Shown here in pieces: positions 42,801 through 51,725 of a stretch of DNA of 55,930 bases (positions are counted from its first letter, which is position 1; each line of letters begins with the position of its first letter). The position numbers were made by a program, and so were the translations under genes. The notes beneath the pieces were generated by a model that was not told the DNA's origin, did not search any database, and saw nothing but the letters and a program-made list of their open reading frames with translations. The DNA comes from Candidatus Poseidoniales archaeon (GTDB taxonomy: Archaea; Thermoplasmatota; Poseidoniia; Poseidoniales; Poseidoniaceae): positions 1 through 55,930 of the forward strand of contig JAYOBT010000008.1 in NCBI GenBank assembly GCA_038105035.1. Direction: 5' to 3'.

Positions 42801-43680
42801 CATCGATTTGTTTCTGAATCTCTCCAATTCGATCATCGAGTTCAACCAACTTTCTGCTCCCAGTTTTGACCTGTTCTTCAAGCGTTGTTGCTTCCTCAAC
42901 GAAGCGTAATTGTTCAGCGATTTGGTGTTCCAACTCCATCCCTAGACTTGCGAACATGGCCTGGTAGCGTTGAGAACGGGACGTAAGAAGTTCATCCGTG
43001 ATTGATTGAGCTTTCATGGCCACTTTGCGTTCTTGTTCAAGTTCCTTGAGACGTGCTTGTTGCTCTTCTTCAAGCATACCAATTCTTTCGATGTAAGAGT
43101 CAACGCTTTCTTTTTGTTTCTTGGCTTTCCGAATCTCGTCATCGTATGAGGTTACACCTGCAACGCCATCAAGCACCTTGCGGCGTTCAATCGGCGTCAT
43201 TCGTGCCAGCCCGGTTACGTCGCCTTGGAGAACAATGTTGTAGCCGTCTGGGCGAGCGTTTGCAGCATTGAGAAGGCGATGAAAGGACTTCTGTGAAGAT
43301 TCCTCACCATCGAGCAAGTAACTGGAAACCACGTTATCTGAAGCAGTGAGACGTATTGAACGGGTCATTCTCACCTCATCGCTTTCAATTGGTAATCGAC
43401 GGCGACCACTGGAGAGCACTGGATTTCCAAAAACGAGAGTTACGGTACAACCTCGAGCGGGTTTGTAGCCTTCTGCACCGTTGAAAATCAGTTGCTTAGT
43501 GTTCTGCGCACGTATGGTGCGTGTCGATTTTGGACCAAGAACAAACTGAATGGCGTCTCCACAATTGGACTTCCCTGACCCGTTTGGACCAGTGATTGCA
43601 GAGAAACCCCGATCAAGAGGGATGACCACTTCTCCACGGAATGATTTGAAATTCTCCATCTCCAGTGCCTTTAGAAACAT
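39808..43680 (-). CDS. smc: Chromosome segregation protein SMC
   Basis: ENFKSF, GPNGSGKSN, VLQGD, hinge GRATFLPL and GAMVGG, LSGGEQ, FDEVD, long coiled coils. Confidence 0.96.
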   Translation of the reverse strand: MFLKALEMENFKSFRGEVVIPLDRGFSAITGPNGSGKSNCGDAIQFVLGPKSTRTIRAQNTKQLIFNGAEGYKPARGCTVTLVFGNPVLSSGRRRLPIESDEVRMTRSIRLTASDNVVSSYLLDGEESSQKSFHRLLNAANARPDGYNIVLQGDVTGLARMTPIERRKVLDGVAGVTSYDDEIRKAKKQKESVDSYIERIGMLEEEQQARLKELEQERKVAMKAQSITDELLTSRSQRYQAMFASLGMELEHQIAEQLRFVEEATTLEEQVKTGSRKLVELDDRIGEIQKQIDALLGDEGDGLSQAIHDLRVQIDRDKDRIEDSVQANIDDAQEREQVLDRYKEAEAALAALLEEVQSSKAQMAEAQRLLEEAQTEEDKVRALLEGSGKNHAELNRALSDAIQQLETAKQAVASAQSDVDRTAAQAELVEANLAKAQETAEESRLELEEKEAEFKEASAGKKVDRSSLTQEILDAERAESRLLEESAAVEKKMTETERQLRSARAELENKSNSKGMAGGAAAILGARDRGEIRGIIGTIAELCAPIDSEHETALATAFGGAMTSVVVDSDEVAAEAIRWLAQRKAGRATFLPLNKLSTSRAGGKAMMVARKPGVIGFAYELLEYDPRIDTAIKFALRNTLIVQSMDIARQNMGGVRLVTMRGDVTEAGGAMVGGSRQRMSVSFGGGIAGAKEVERLSAEIDRLRLMSDTVSAALADVRKEQRSLRQQINELANEDGAIRRETLRAEVTTFKKAHSKNIGEVQALKEDLQRLEGLASSQLEALDEAESKVADGEVLRASAQSALEDASPQHLKDRLHECTVKRTQAEGMRSNAEVSLHSISERKTLLTSTVASEKERLEQIDRAVDERTENVATLKRDVQQNETILAEKEAERAQFLEENKGLEDERIELVEERASLNSTLTQKANQARSHRTLSIELERTIQAKRKELYDVEMEMGSIGIQPAEDGTVLDSVADIDRRIRRLERRLEEFGAVNMRAIEQYDAVEQRLAEMAGDFKKLQERKKHLIDVAERLEEQRKVRLINVLEKVNENFKKVYKSLSNGGRGELYLENKEEPFKGGLELWAQPKGKSSNVTRHQLSGGEQSVAALALIFAIQDYDPSPFYYFDEVDQNLDSVNAECIAKMCRERSKAAQFIMVTLRKVSLQLADHHIGITHGGDGCSRRIIDFDQEQAIALGEQALKEAESAAAKNEQRAKEERETLAEMPLVPDALPAPQSLGGLLKHMKDDESMTSLAERTAETNEDIEERTALANAISELDESTGEASEESIELNE

Positions 43681-43694
43681 CCCAATCCCCGTTC

Positions 43695-43742
43695 GGTCAA
43701 ACTTGACCTTAGGTCAATCACCGCACATCGAGGACATTTAAA
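43695..43742 (-). promoter_or_regulatory. Candidate smc promoter/operator: TTTAAA box plus GGTCAA/TTGACC palindromes
   Basis: GGTCAA-AC-TTGACC-TTA-GGTCAA at 43695-43717. TTTAAA at 43737-43742. Confidence 0.5.
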
Positions 43743-43804
43743 CAATCGGTTGATTATGCGTCGGAGCATCTCGTTTTTGGGGTCAAAAAAGAACGCCGAT
43801 TTGC

Positions 43805-44563
43805 TCAAACAACGCCTGTCATTCGACACTCTTTGCAACCGCCACCTTTGCAGTATGGACAAGTAGCTCGAATTTTGGGTGAATTGCGTGTTCGAAACGG
43901 CACCAGTTGAGCGTCCCGATCGAGCAAGCGGCTACGGCGAGCGACCCCCTCCCTTGATGCCGACATTGAACGTGCTTTTTCATTGAACACCTCTTGAACT
44001 CGGCGCTCTTTCTCACGGCTGTGTTCCAATCTTTGATAATTTTCTTCAAACTCAGAGAGTTCGTATTTCGGACCTCGAATCAAAAGCGTACCAGCGATTG
44101 CGAAGAGAATCTGCACCATCCATGGCTCGAAAGGTAAGGGGATCACATCGGCGATGCTCTCCGAATTCGCTGATGTTGGTAGCCACTGAAGACGATCGAG
44201 TATCGCTAACCCGAACAAAACGATTCCTGAGGTGAACATCACACGTCGAATGCGCTTTGCAAGACGTGGGTCTGAAGGCATCCTAAATCGCCCGGCTGTA
44301 ACGATCAAGATTCCCCAAAACAACAGAAGAATATCTGCCGTGCCCCATGTTCCTTTCTCACTCAAGCAAAAGGCAGTACCCGTTTCTTGGATTTCTTTCT
44401 CCATTTCAGGGATTGTGCACCCAGGATCGGCAAGACGTAGGACATCCAATCGTGAAGAGCCAGCTCCTTCGACAACGTTCTCAGCAACAACTCCGAAGTG
44501 AACATTGGCAATGACAAAGACAATCGTTGCAAGCCCGAGTAAGCCGATGAGCTTCCGCAACAT
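43805..44563 (-). CDS. Membrane protein with C-terminal CxxCxGxG-type zinc finger
   Basis: About 4 TM helices; ends in CPYCKGGGCKECRMTG. Alternative GTG start at 44587. Confidence 0.7.
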   Translation of the reverse strand: MLRKLIGLLGLATIVFVIANVHFGVVAENVVEGAGSSRLDVLRLADPGCTIPEMEKEIQETGTAFCLSEKGTWGTADILLLFWGILIVTAGRFRMPSDPRLAKRIRRVMFTSGIVLFGLAILDRLQWLPTSANSESIADVIPLPFEPWMVQILFAIAGTLLIRGPKYELSEFEENYQRLEHSREKERRVQEVFNEKARSMSASREGVARRSRLLDRDAQLVPFRTRNSPKIRATCPYCKGGGCKECRMTGVV

Positions 44564-44646
44564 GTTAATCGCTGGAATGCGCAACACATAGCCCTATCGC
44601 TGCGACAACCGATGTCATCAAGAACAGCCAACCTTTGGGCTCAAAC

Positions 44647-46251
44647 ATGCCTCGTGTACTCATCATCGGCACGGGCATTGCTGGACTCTTTGCAGCCTTA
44701 CGTCTTGCGAACGAAGGCTTCGATGTCGAAATCATAACCAAACAACGACCAAAGGACTCCTCGACCAATTGGGCGCAGGGAGGTATTGCTGCAATTCTTG
44801 ATAAAACCAATCTCCATGAAATCGATGGTCACATCAAGGACACTCTCGATGCGGGCGACGGTTTATGCGATCAGAAGATTGTTCGTATGGTCGTTGAAGA
44901 AGCAGGTGAGCGAATCTTGGATTTGCTTTCAATTGGTGTTGAATTTGAGCGAAACAAGGATGGAGCGTTCCAACTCGCTCAAGAAGGAGGGCATTCCTCG
45001 AGACGGATCTTGCATGCGAAAGACGCTACTGGAAGAGAGATTGAACGAGCACTTACGACGGCCGCTCAAGATCATGAGCGAATTACGATGCGTCCGAACA
45101 CGCTTGCAATCGACCTCATTCAACGGCAACACAAAACACCGAGCGAAGGTATTTGCGGCGTTTGGGCACTTGATCAGGACACGAATCAGGTCATGACCAT
45201 TCTTGGCGATGCAGTGATCCTTGCAACAGGAGGCGCAGGGCAACTTTGGGAGAAAACGACAAATCCATCTGTTTCAACAGGCGACGGTATTGCAATGGCC
45301 TATAGAACAGGTGCCTCCGTAATGAACATGGCATTTGTACAATTTCATCCAACAGCACTTGTTGTTGAAGGAGAGCGCCCCTTTCTGATTACTGAGGCAT
45401 TGAGAGGAGAAGGAGCGGTCTTACTCGATCAAGAAGGATATCGGTCATGGAAGGAAAGTGGCAAGGAAGATCCCACACCATTTTCATTTACATTACAAGC
45501 CTCAGCGCTCGGTTCGATGGCGACACGCGATGTTGTTGCAAGAGCCATTGATCAGCGCTGTGCAGAGACTGGCGCCTCTCATGTCTACTTGGTCACTGAA
45601 CATTTGGACAAGCAGCATCTCAACGATCGATTTCCAATGATTGCACATCGCTTGAGCAAAGATGGCCTCAAGCTTGGAAGCAATCCTCTTCCCGTTGCTC
45701 CAGCAGCACATTACATCGTTGGAGGCATCGAAGTGGATGATGTAGGTTCAGCATTGCTCGCAGATTCAAAAGAGACTATTCCGGGATTGTTTGCCATCGG
45801 TGAAGTGGCATGTACCGGCATGCATGGTGCGAACCGACTTGCCTCAAACAGTCTCTTAGAAGCGGTTGTATTTGCTCACCGCTGTTCATCGCATCTCATT
45901 GCAGAAGGGATCTCGGAGCACAACTGCTCGCCTCCAAGTTGGCGGTCCGATGGTTTGGATGAACTCCAAGAACATGGTCCAGTCGCTCACGACCGAGCAG
46001 CACTCAACCAAACCATGCGATTCGAAGTAGGCGTTTCAAGACGTTTTGCTCGATTGCAAAGGGCAATTCGCCGATTGAATCTGCTTGAAACAGAGATCGA
46101 TTCCATATGGAAATCGAGTCTTCCAACACGTGAAATCGTCGAATTGAGAAATATGATCCTTGTTGGAATCCTAGTTGCAGAAGATGCGAACAAGCGACGT
46201 GAAAACAGAGGCCTGCACTTCAACAAAGATCTCAACGAAGATGTTGAATGA
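44647..46251 (+). CDS. nadB: L-aspartate oxidase
   Basis: IIGTGIAG, STNWAQGGIAA, EGGHSSRRILH, QFHPT, LITEALRGEG, HGANRLASNSLLE, RRENRGLH. Confidence 0.95.
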   Translation: MPRVLIIGTGIAGLFAALRLANEGFDVEIITKQRPKDSSTNWAQGGIAAILDKTNLHEIDGHIKDTLDAGDGLCDQKIVRMVVEEAGERILDLLSIGVEFERNKDGAFQLAQEGGHSSRRILHAKDATGREIERALTTAAQDHERITMRPNTLAIDLIQRQHKTPSEGICGVWALDQDTNQVMTILGDAVILATGGAGQLWEKTTNPSVSTGDGIAMAYRTGASVMNMAFVQFHPTALVVEGERPFLITEALRGEGAVLLDQEGYRSWKESGKEDPTPFSFTLQASALGSMATRDVVARAIDQRCAETGASHVYLVTEHLDKQHLNDRFPMIAHRLSKDGLKLGSNPLPVAPAAHYIVGGIEVDDVGSALLADSKETIPGLFAIGEVACTGMHGANRLASNSLLEAVVFAHRCSSHLIAEGISEHNCSPPSWRSDGLDELQEHGPVAHDRAALNQTMRFEVGVSRRFARLQRAIRRLNLLETEIDSIWKSSLPTREIVELRNMILVGILVAEDANKRRENRGLHFNKDLNEDVE

Positions 46252-47158
46252 TGGATGAGAGTGCTTGATTCAACGGTGTTTGGATGCCAAGCATCTCCCC
46301 ACGACGACAGATTTCTGCATTGAGGGCGTTAATTTCGGTCTCACGCCCTGAACGGATGTCTTGCAACATGGAACATAGATTGCTTTGAGTCGCTTCAAGA
46401 ACAGTTCGTAAGCGTTCAACAAGAACATCATCGTCGTCGAGACGTACCCCCTCCGCACGTGCGATCATAGCTCCCTCGAGCATAACGCCCACAGCAGATT
46501 CAAACAATGTTGGCTCAAGCAACGCCCCGTTTTCTTTTCCCAACAATCCTGCAATCGGATTGATGGCAATGTTGAGCAACATTTTGTTCCAGAGCAAAAC
46601 GCGTCCATCCTCTTCCCAATGAGGCTGAAGTCCTGCATTGGAGAGGAGTTGCATAAACAATTCAACCGATTGTTCGGTGTGATGGTGCATAAATGGCCCA
46701 ATGGTGACATGTCCAAGACCTGCCCAGTGCACGTGCCCTGGCTCTGGACGATACGCGCCGTGTGTTGTAGTCGCAGCAATAACACGATGTGCTCCAAATG
46801 TCTGAACCAATCTCTCCTCCTGGCCGAGACCATTGGCAAGCGAACAAACGATTCCATCGTTGCGGAGCAAATGTTTGGCTACAACAAGATGTTGATCAAA
46901 CGCAGTGGTTTTACCGGTCATCACAACCACATCACAAGAGGATTCTACTGATTCTGGAAGAGCTTGTTCCTCGAGAAGAATGTCCCACTGTTCTGCTGAG
47001 ATGGAGTGTTCTTTGACGCCTGAAATGGTCAGACCTTCAACTGTAAGGTGAGCAGCATGAAGTCCACGCCCGTAGAGGAGCAAGTCGCTAGAGGTTGACG
47101 CTAAACTTCCAGCAAAAAGAGATCCTATCGAACCAACACCAACGATGCCGATTCTCAA
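46232..47158 (-). CDS. panE: 2-dehydropantoate 2-reductase (ketopantoate reductase)
   Basis: GVGSIG, LANGLG, WNKMLLNIAINPI, SMLQDI..GRETEI..LN. TTG start after GGAGG. Confidence 0.92.
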   Translation of the reverse strand: MRIGIVGVGSIGSLFAGSLASTSSDLLLYGRGLHAAHLTVEGLTISGVKEHSISAEQWDILLEEQALPESVESSCDVVVMTGKTTAFDQHLVVAKHLLRNDGIVCSLANGLGQEERLVQTFGAHRVIAATTTHGAYRPEPGHVHWAGLGHVTIGPFMHHHTEQSVELFMQLLSNAGLQPHWEEDGRVLLWNKMLLNIAINPIAGLLGKENGALLEPTLFESAVGVMLEGAMIARAEGVRLDDDDVLVERLRTVLEATQSNLCSMLQDIRSGRETEINALNAEICRRGEMLGIQTPLNQALSSIIQHLR

Positions 47159-49632
47159 GATTGAGCCTCCATATACGCTCCAAATGTGACGAGAATGGCT
47201 CCATCTTGGTGCGTGAACTGATACGTATTGAACATGGAATCAGGAACATCGAGTGTAAAATTATTCCAACCACTGGATAGCATACTCGGTAGTGTTGTTA
47301 GGTCCCAATCAACGTTACCAAAGGCGTTGTGTCGCAAGACGACATCCACTTCATTGCTGTTGTATAGTGCGATTTCGAGTTGTGACGTATTGGAGGTCAT
47401 TGGCCGGTCCCATAGTCGGAGTGTCTGGTCGTTCTGATGCAAGATCAAATCTGGACCTTCTTGAACCAAAAATTTGGTTGCGATCGCATCGTCTTGATTG
47501 CAAAAGACATAGACATCTGAGGGCAATTTCAGATGGAGACTTTCATTTCCTTCAACGGACGGAATTCTGTGTTTTGGCCGAATACCCAAATCCCATGACC
47601 AGTTGTTGTTGCCTGATTGAGGTGGTGATTTCAAAAATTCAGTATCAGGGCAAGATGAAGCATTCTCTTGATACAACGTACCTCCTTGGTCGAACGGAGC
47701 ACCCCATGCATGCGTTCCATCGATCAACCATCCTTGCTCAGATGAGGAAATAATGTGCGGCCAAGTAGCATCAAAACCGAGCATAAACGAGAGATTTCCA
47801 ATGTTAACCGATTGGAGAAGCGATTGGGCTTGAAACGGGAGAGCTTGGTCGACACCGTTCAAGCAGACAACAGTGTCCTGAGTCGTCAGTGCTTGTGTAA
47901 GGCCTGCTTGTCCATCCAGCCAGAGGAATGGCAACCATTCATCTCCCAAATCAGGGAATGAAATGTTCGTCGTGAAATCTTCCTGAACGTAGAGATCGAT
48001 ACAAGTGAGTACGTTGTCATCGGTTCGAACGTGTCGCCACTCAGACCCAACTGAAGCATTGAGCTCTGGATGAATTGTTCCAATCTCCTCAAACACATTG
48101 GAATCGTCGAAAACAATGTTCAGTTCGTATTCGATTGAAGTGGGTTGATGCGACAGATTCTCATGCATCATTTCAAATTCCAATTCCAAGGATTCCCCCG
48201 GTTGCAATATGCCTTCACAATGGTCATTTCCGCACGAGAGAGCGGACGACCAGAGAGTGCTGCCAACAAGAGCCCCAGAAACACTGAACGAGCGGTCTTG
48301 CATGGATGGATTTGAAAGTTCGATTGTCACCAATGCATTCCAAGCATCATCCAGTTCAGCGAACTCATCTACAGCAATCGTATACGTTGCGTCTGCATCC
48401 CACCTTTCCACGGGTTCGACTGGAAACTGAGCAGGAATAGCAAACAAAATCGCAACAAAGAGAACTATACCTAATCTTCGATGATTGTCCTCTGACAATG
48501 GTCGATCACCATCCATCATAACAGGGATTCGAGGGTCGCCGCCCATGAACATCAGGAGCGGAATCAGAACCGACAACACTGGAATCCATATGGTGAATCC
48601 ATTAAACGCATCAAAAATGAAGAAAGCGGCCGTAATGAGGAGCATGAACATCAGGATTTGCGTACCCGTGCTTCGAGCTTCATCAAGTCCCATCCGAGCC
48701 ACAAGGAGCCGACCACCCGGGAAAGTCGGGATTGGAAGCATCAGCAGCCAACCCACCAAGGTCAGGAATCCAGCAGCAAAGAAGAATGGATGTCCCCAGT
48801 CGAGTGTGTTTGAAAATGAAACATCGAAACCGGAACTGATGAGTTCAATCAAGAACGGTGGGTTTGCACGATACGGTTCACTTGACAACGTGTATGGGTC
48901 CATTGTAAAAAGCAAACCGAGTGTCCAAAACACAAAACCTGAGATAAGCATCACAATCGGAACGGACACAGAAGTCCATGCTAATGACGCTCGATCAGGC
49001 CATGGCCTCGCATCCATTCGTGGTAATGTTGGGATAAAGAAGATGCCAAATGGCCAGATGAAATACGATGTTGACAATCCCGAAAACAGCCACAACAGGA
49101 CTGAAGGGTCTGGAATGGGAAGAATATGACCACTACGTACACCGTATTTTGCAGAAACTCTGGTTTGAACGAACGATGCGAGGAGGAGTGTTCCAAGAAT
49201 TGGAAGTACGAATCCAATCAAACCATCAAGATAGACGGAACTCGTAAACCAGCCACCACTTGGTCGGCCACTGTCCATCCACCGAACGGCTGAGAGAAGA
49301 AGTGTAATGATGGAAGCTGTCCACATGTAGACGTGGATTCGTGACCCAGGAAATTGGCGATGTGGCAATGGAAGGGTCGTTAATTGAATCACATCCCCTC
49401 GACGCAACCGAGCCATCCATCCAAGACGCTCAAGATAGGTATTCAATTCGTTAAAATTCTCATCGAGTTGTTCGGATTCAATTTCCCAAGTGGGCCACAG
49501 GCCTCCAACATGGGTGCGAACAGTGACGTACCTCTGAACGATGCCTTCGAGCAGGTCTTTTTGGTTCCAAGCGTCCTTGTGTGCAGTAAGTTGGGGCAAC
49601 TGTGCATCATCCGAATCAGACATGTAAGTCAA
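47155..49632 (-). CDS. Large membrane protein, degenerate site-2 protease (M50)-like, with C-terminal soluble domain
   Basis: M50-like topology (SAKYGVR, WGHPFFFAAGF..LVGWLLMLPIPTFPGGR), but HExxH and LDG are absent. Alternative ATG at 49623. Confidence 0.6.
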   Translation of the reverse strand: MTYMSDSDDAQLPQLTAHKDAWNQKDLLEGIVQRYVTVRTHVGGLWPTWEIESEQLDENFNELNTYLERLGWMARLRRGDVIQLTTLPLPHRQFPGSRIHVYMWTASIITLLLSAVRWMDSGRPSGGWFTSSVYLDGLIGFVLPILGTLLLASFVQTRVSAKYGVRSGHILPIPDPSVLLWLFSGLSTSYFIWPFGIFFIPTLPRMDARPWPDRASLAWTSVSVPIVMLISGFVFWTLGLLFTMDPYTLSSEPYRANPPFLIELISSGFDVSFSNTLDWGHPFFFAAGFLTLVGWLLMLPIPTFPGGRLLVARMGLDEARSTGTQILMFMLLITAAFFIFDAFNGFTIWIPVLSVLIPLLMFMGGDPRIPVMMDGDRPLSEDNHRRLGIVLFVAILFAIPAQFPVEPVERWDADATYTIAVDEFAELDDAWNALVTIELSNPSMQDRSFSVSGALVGSTLWSSALSCGNDHCEGILQPGESLELEFEMMHENLSHQPTSIEYELNIVFDDSNVFEEIGTIHPELNASVGSEWRHVRTDDNVLTCIDLYVQEDFTTNISFPDLGDEWLPFLWLDGQAGLTQALTTQDTVVCLNGVDQALPFQAQSLLQSVNIGNLSFMLGFDATWPHIISSSEQGWLIDGTHAWGAPFDQGGTLYQENASSCPDTEFLKSPPQSGNNNWSWDLGIRPKHRIPSVEGNESLHLKLPSDVYVFCNQDDAIATKFLVQEGPDLILHQNDQTLRLWDRPMTSNTSQLEIALYNSNEVDVVLRHNAFGNVDWDLTTLPSMLSSGWNNFTLDVPDSMFNTYQFTHQDGAILVTFGAYMEAQS

Positions 49633-49700
49633 GCCCCCTAGGTTGAACTGAACACCACTCCCACATCAATCATGCCCTTTTAACAGGGCAAAATGTGAAC

Positions 49701-50318
49701 TCACTTGTTCTTAAATCGCTTGAGACGGAACGTCTCCTCACGCTCCATTTCTTCAAGTCGAAGCTGGATGAAGACCTTCGCTTCTTCCAGTTCTGGAATG
49801 ACCTTGAACTCAAGGGCGTTAACACGTCGCTTGGTTGCTTCAATTTCTTCGAGGAGCCGCTTCAATGTCGCTTCCATTTCAGACGCCTTAACGATCTTTT
49901 CAATCAATTCGCTGAAACTGTCACTCGCTTCATCGATGTAAGGTGATGAACCGATGAAACCGACACCACGCTCTGCAAAGGTCGATTTGAGGTTCGTTCC
50001 ACTTACGCTTGGAACGACAACACCCATGATGTTTCGTCGCTCGACTTCAACCTCAGGATGTGCACTGTTAGCAATGGCGGCTGCACGTACAGCGAGTCCA
50101 CCTTCGATGGCGTTTGCAAGGTCGATTCGTTGCTTGGCCAAACGGAATGCTTCTGTAATCTCTCGCTTTGCTTCAATCATTTCAGCGAGAAGTTGTCGGA
50201 ACTCATGGAACAGACCATCACGCTTCATTTTGAGAAGTTTGTAACCGTTTTTGGTTTGCTTGATGCGACCCTTGAGTTTGATCAACTCACTTCGGGTTGG
50301 TTTGATGTCAAGCGCCAT
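49701..50318 (-). CDS. atpD: A/V-type ATP synthase subunit D
   Basis: IKPTRSEL, LLKMKRDGL, TKRRVNALE. Confidence 0.96.
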   Translation of the reverse strand: MALDIKPTRSELIKLKGRIKQTKNGYKLLKMKRDGLFHEFRQLLAEMIEAKREITEAFRLAKQRIDLANAIEGGLAVRAAAIANSAHPEVEVERRNIMGVVVPSVSGTNLKSTFAERGVGFIGSSPYIDEASDSFSELIEKIVKASEMEATLKRLLEEIEATKRRVNALEFKVIPELEEAKVFIQLRLEEMEREETFRLKRFKNK

Positions 50319-50334
50319 GGTTTCACCTCAGGAT

Positions 50335-51714
50335 TCAAGCCTTGTTCTCTGGATGGTACTTCTCAATCCACTTCTGGTCAAGACGGACGAGATATTTGGT
50401 GTCAATGGATGACATCAATTCCCAGCAAAGGTCGAGTGTTTCATCGATGGAACGGTCCTCGTCACGAGACTGACGTAGGAAACGGTCTTCGAAGACACCG
50501 GAGAAATCGAGCAGTTGCTTGTCACGCTCGTTCAATGCATCTTCACCGACAATCGCAACAAGTCCACGAAGTTCACGGCCTTGGGCATATGCAGCGTACA
50601 TTTGGTCGGAAACAGATTTGTGGTCTTCGCGTGTGGTTTCAGCGCCGATACAGGAACCCATCAATCGAGAGAGCGAAGGAAGAACGTTGATCGGTGGATA
50701 GATACCTTGTTGGTGAAGTTCACGAGAGATAACAATCTGTCCTTCAGTAATGTAACCAGACAAGTCAGGAATTGGGTGCGTAATATCGTCACCAGGCATG
50801 GTCAGAATTGGGAATTGAGTAATCGATCCCTTCTTGCCCTTTACAATTCCAGCACGCTCGTAGAGCATAGCAAGGTCCGTGTACATGTAACCAGGGTAAC
50901 CACGTCGTCCAGGAACTTCTTCACGTGCAGCACCGATTTGTCGAAGTGCGTCACAGTAGTTGGTCATGTCCGTGTAGATAACCAGAACGTGGTAATCGTG
51001 CTCAAATGCGAGGTACTCTGCGGCCGTCAATGCAAGACGGGGCGTAATGATTCGCTCGACAGCAGGGTCGTCTGCAAGATTGACGAACAATGCAGCATTT
51101 TCAAGCGCACCAGTTCGCTCCAAATCGGAGCGGAAGAAGTTGTATTCTTCAGCAGTGATACCCATAGCACAGAAAACGACAATAAATTGCTCATCGCTTC
51201 CCTTCAACTTGGCTTGACGAGCGATTTGCAGTGCAATGTCGTTGTGTGGAAGACCAGAAGCCGAGAAAATTGGCAACTTTTGTCCACGGACGAGTGTTGT
51301 ACAGCAGTCGATAGCAGAAATTCCAGTCTGGATGAAATCGTGTGGGCTCTGTCGGCTGTATGGGTTGATTGCAGCACCGATAATGTCGGCGTTCTCTTCA
51401 GCAACGATATCAGGTCCACCGTCACGAGGTCGCCCTGCACCATCGAGAATTCGACCGACGAGGTCTTTGCTTACTGGGAGTTTGAAAACATCGCCCATGA
51501 AGGTTACACCAGCGGTTCGGTCAATCTTTGCAGTTCCTTCGAAAACTTGGACGATAACGAGGTCGTCTGAAGTATCGAGAACTTGTCCGTTCTTGATGGA
51601 TCCATCTGCAAGGCGGATGGTAACGATTTCACCAAAGGCAACTGGTTCGGTCTTGTTCAAGAAAACCAGTGGTCCCTTGACGTCGGTAATGGTTCGGTAT
51701 TCTTTTCCTGTCAT
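50335..51714 (-). CDS. atpB: A/V-type ATP synthase subunit B
   Basis: [45 protein letters not shown]. Confidence 0.97.
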   Translation of the reverse strand: MTGKEYRTITDVKGPLVFLNKTEPVAFGEIVTIRLADGSIKNGQVLDTSDDLVIVQVFEGTAKIDRTAGVTFMGDVFKLPVSKDLVGRILDGAGRPRDGGPDIVAEENADIIGAAINPYSRQSPHDFIQTGISAIDCCTTLVRGQKLPIFSASGLPHNDIALQIARQAKLKGSDEQFIVVFCAMGITAEEYNFFRSDLERTGALENAALFVNLADDPAVERIITPRLALTAAEYLAFEHDYHVLVIYTDMTNYCDALRQIGAAREEVPGRRGYPGYMYTDLAMLYERAGIVKGKKGSITQFPILTMPGDDITHPIPDLSGYITEGQIVISRELHQQGIYPPINVLPSLSRLMGSCIGAETTREDHKSVSDQMYAAYAQGRELRGLVAIVGEDALNERDKQLLDFSGVFEDRFLRQSRDEDRSIDETLDLCWELMSSIDTKYLVRLDQKWIEKYHPENKA

Positions 51715-51725
51715 GATATCACGTC

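Noticed and set aside
50515-51570. 351-aa plus-strand ORF
   Set aside because: Antisense shadow of the highly conserved atpB; explained by codon bias.
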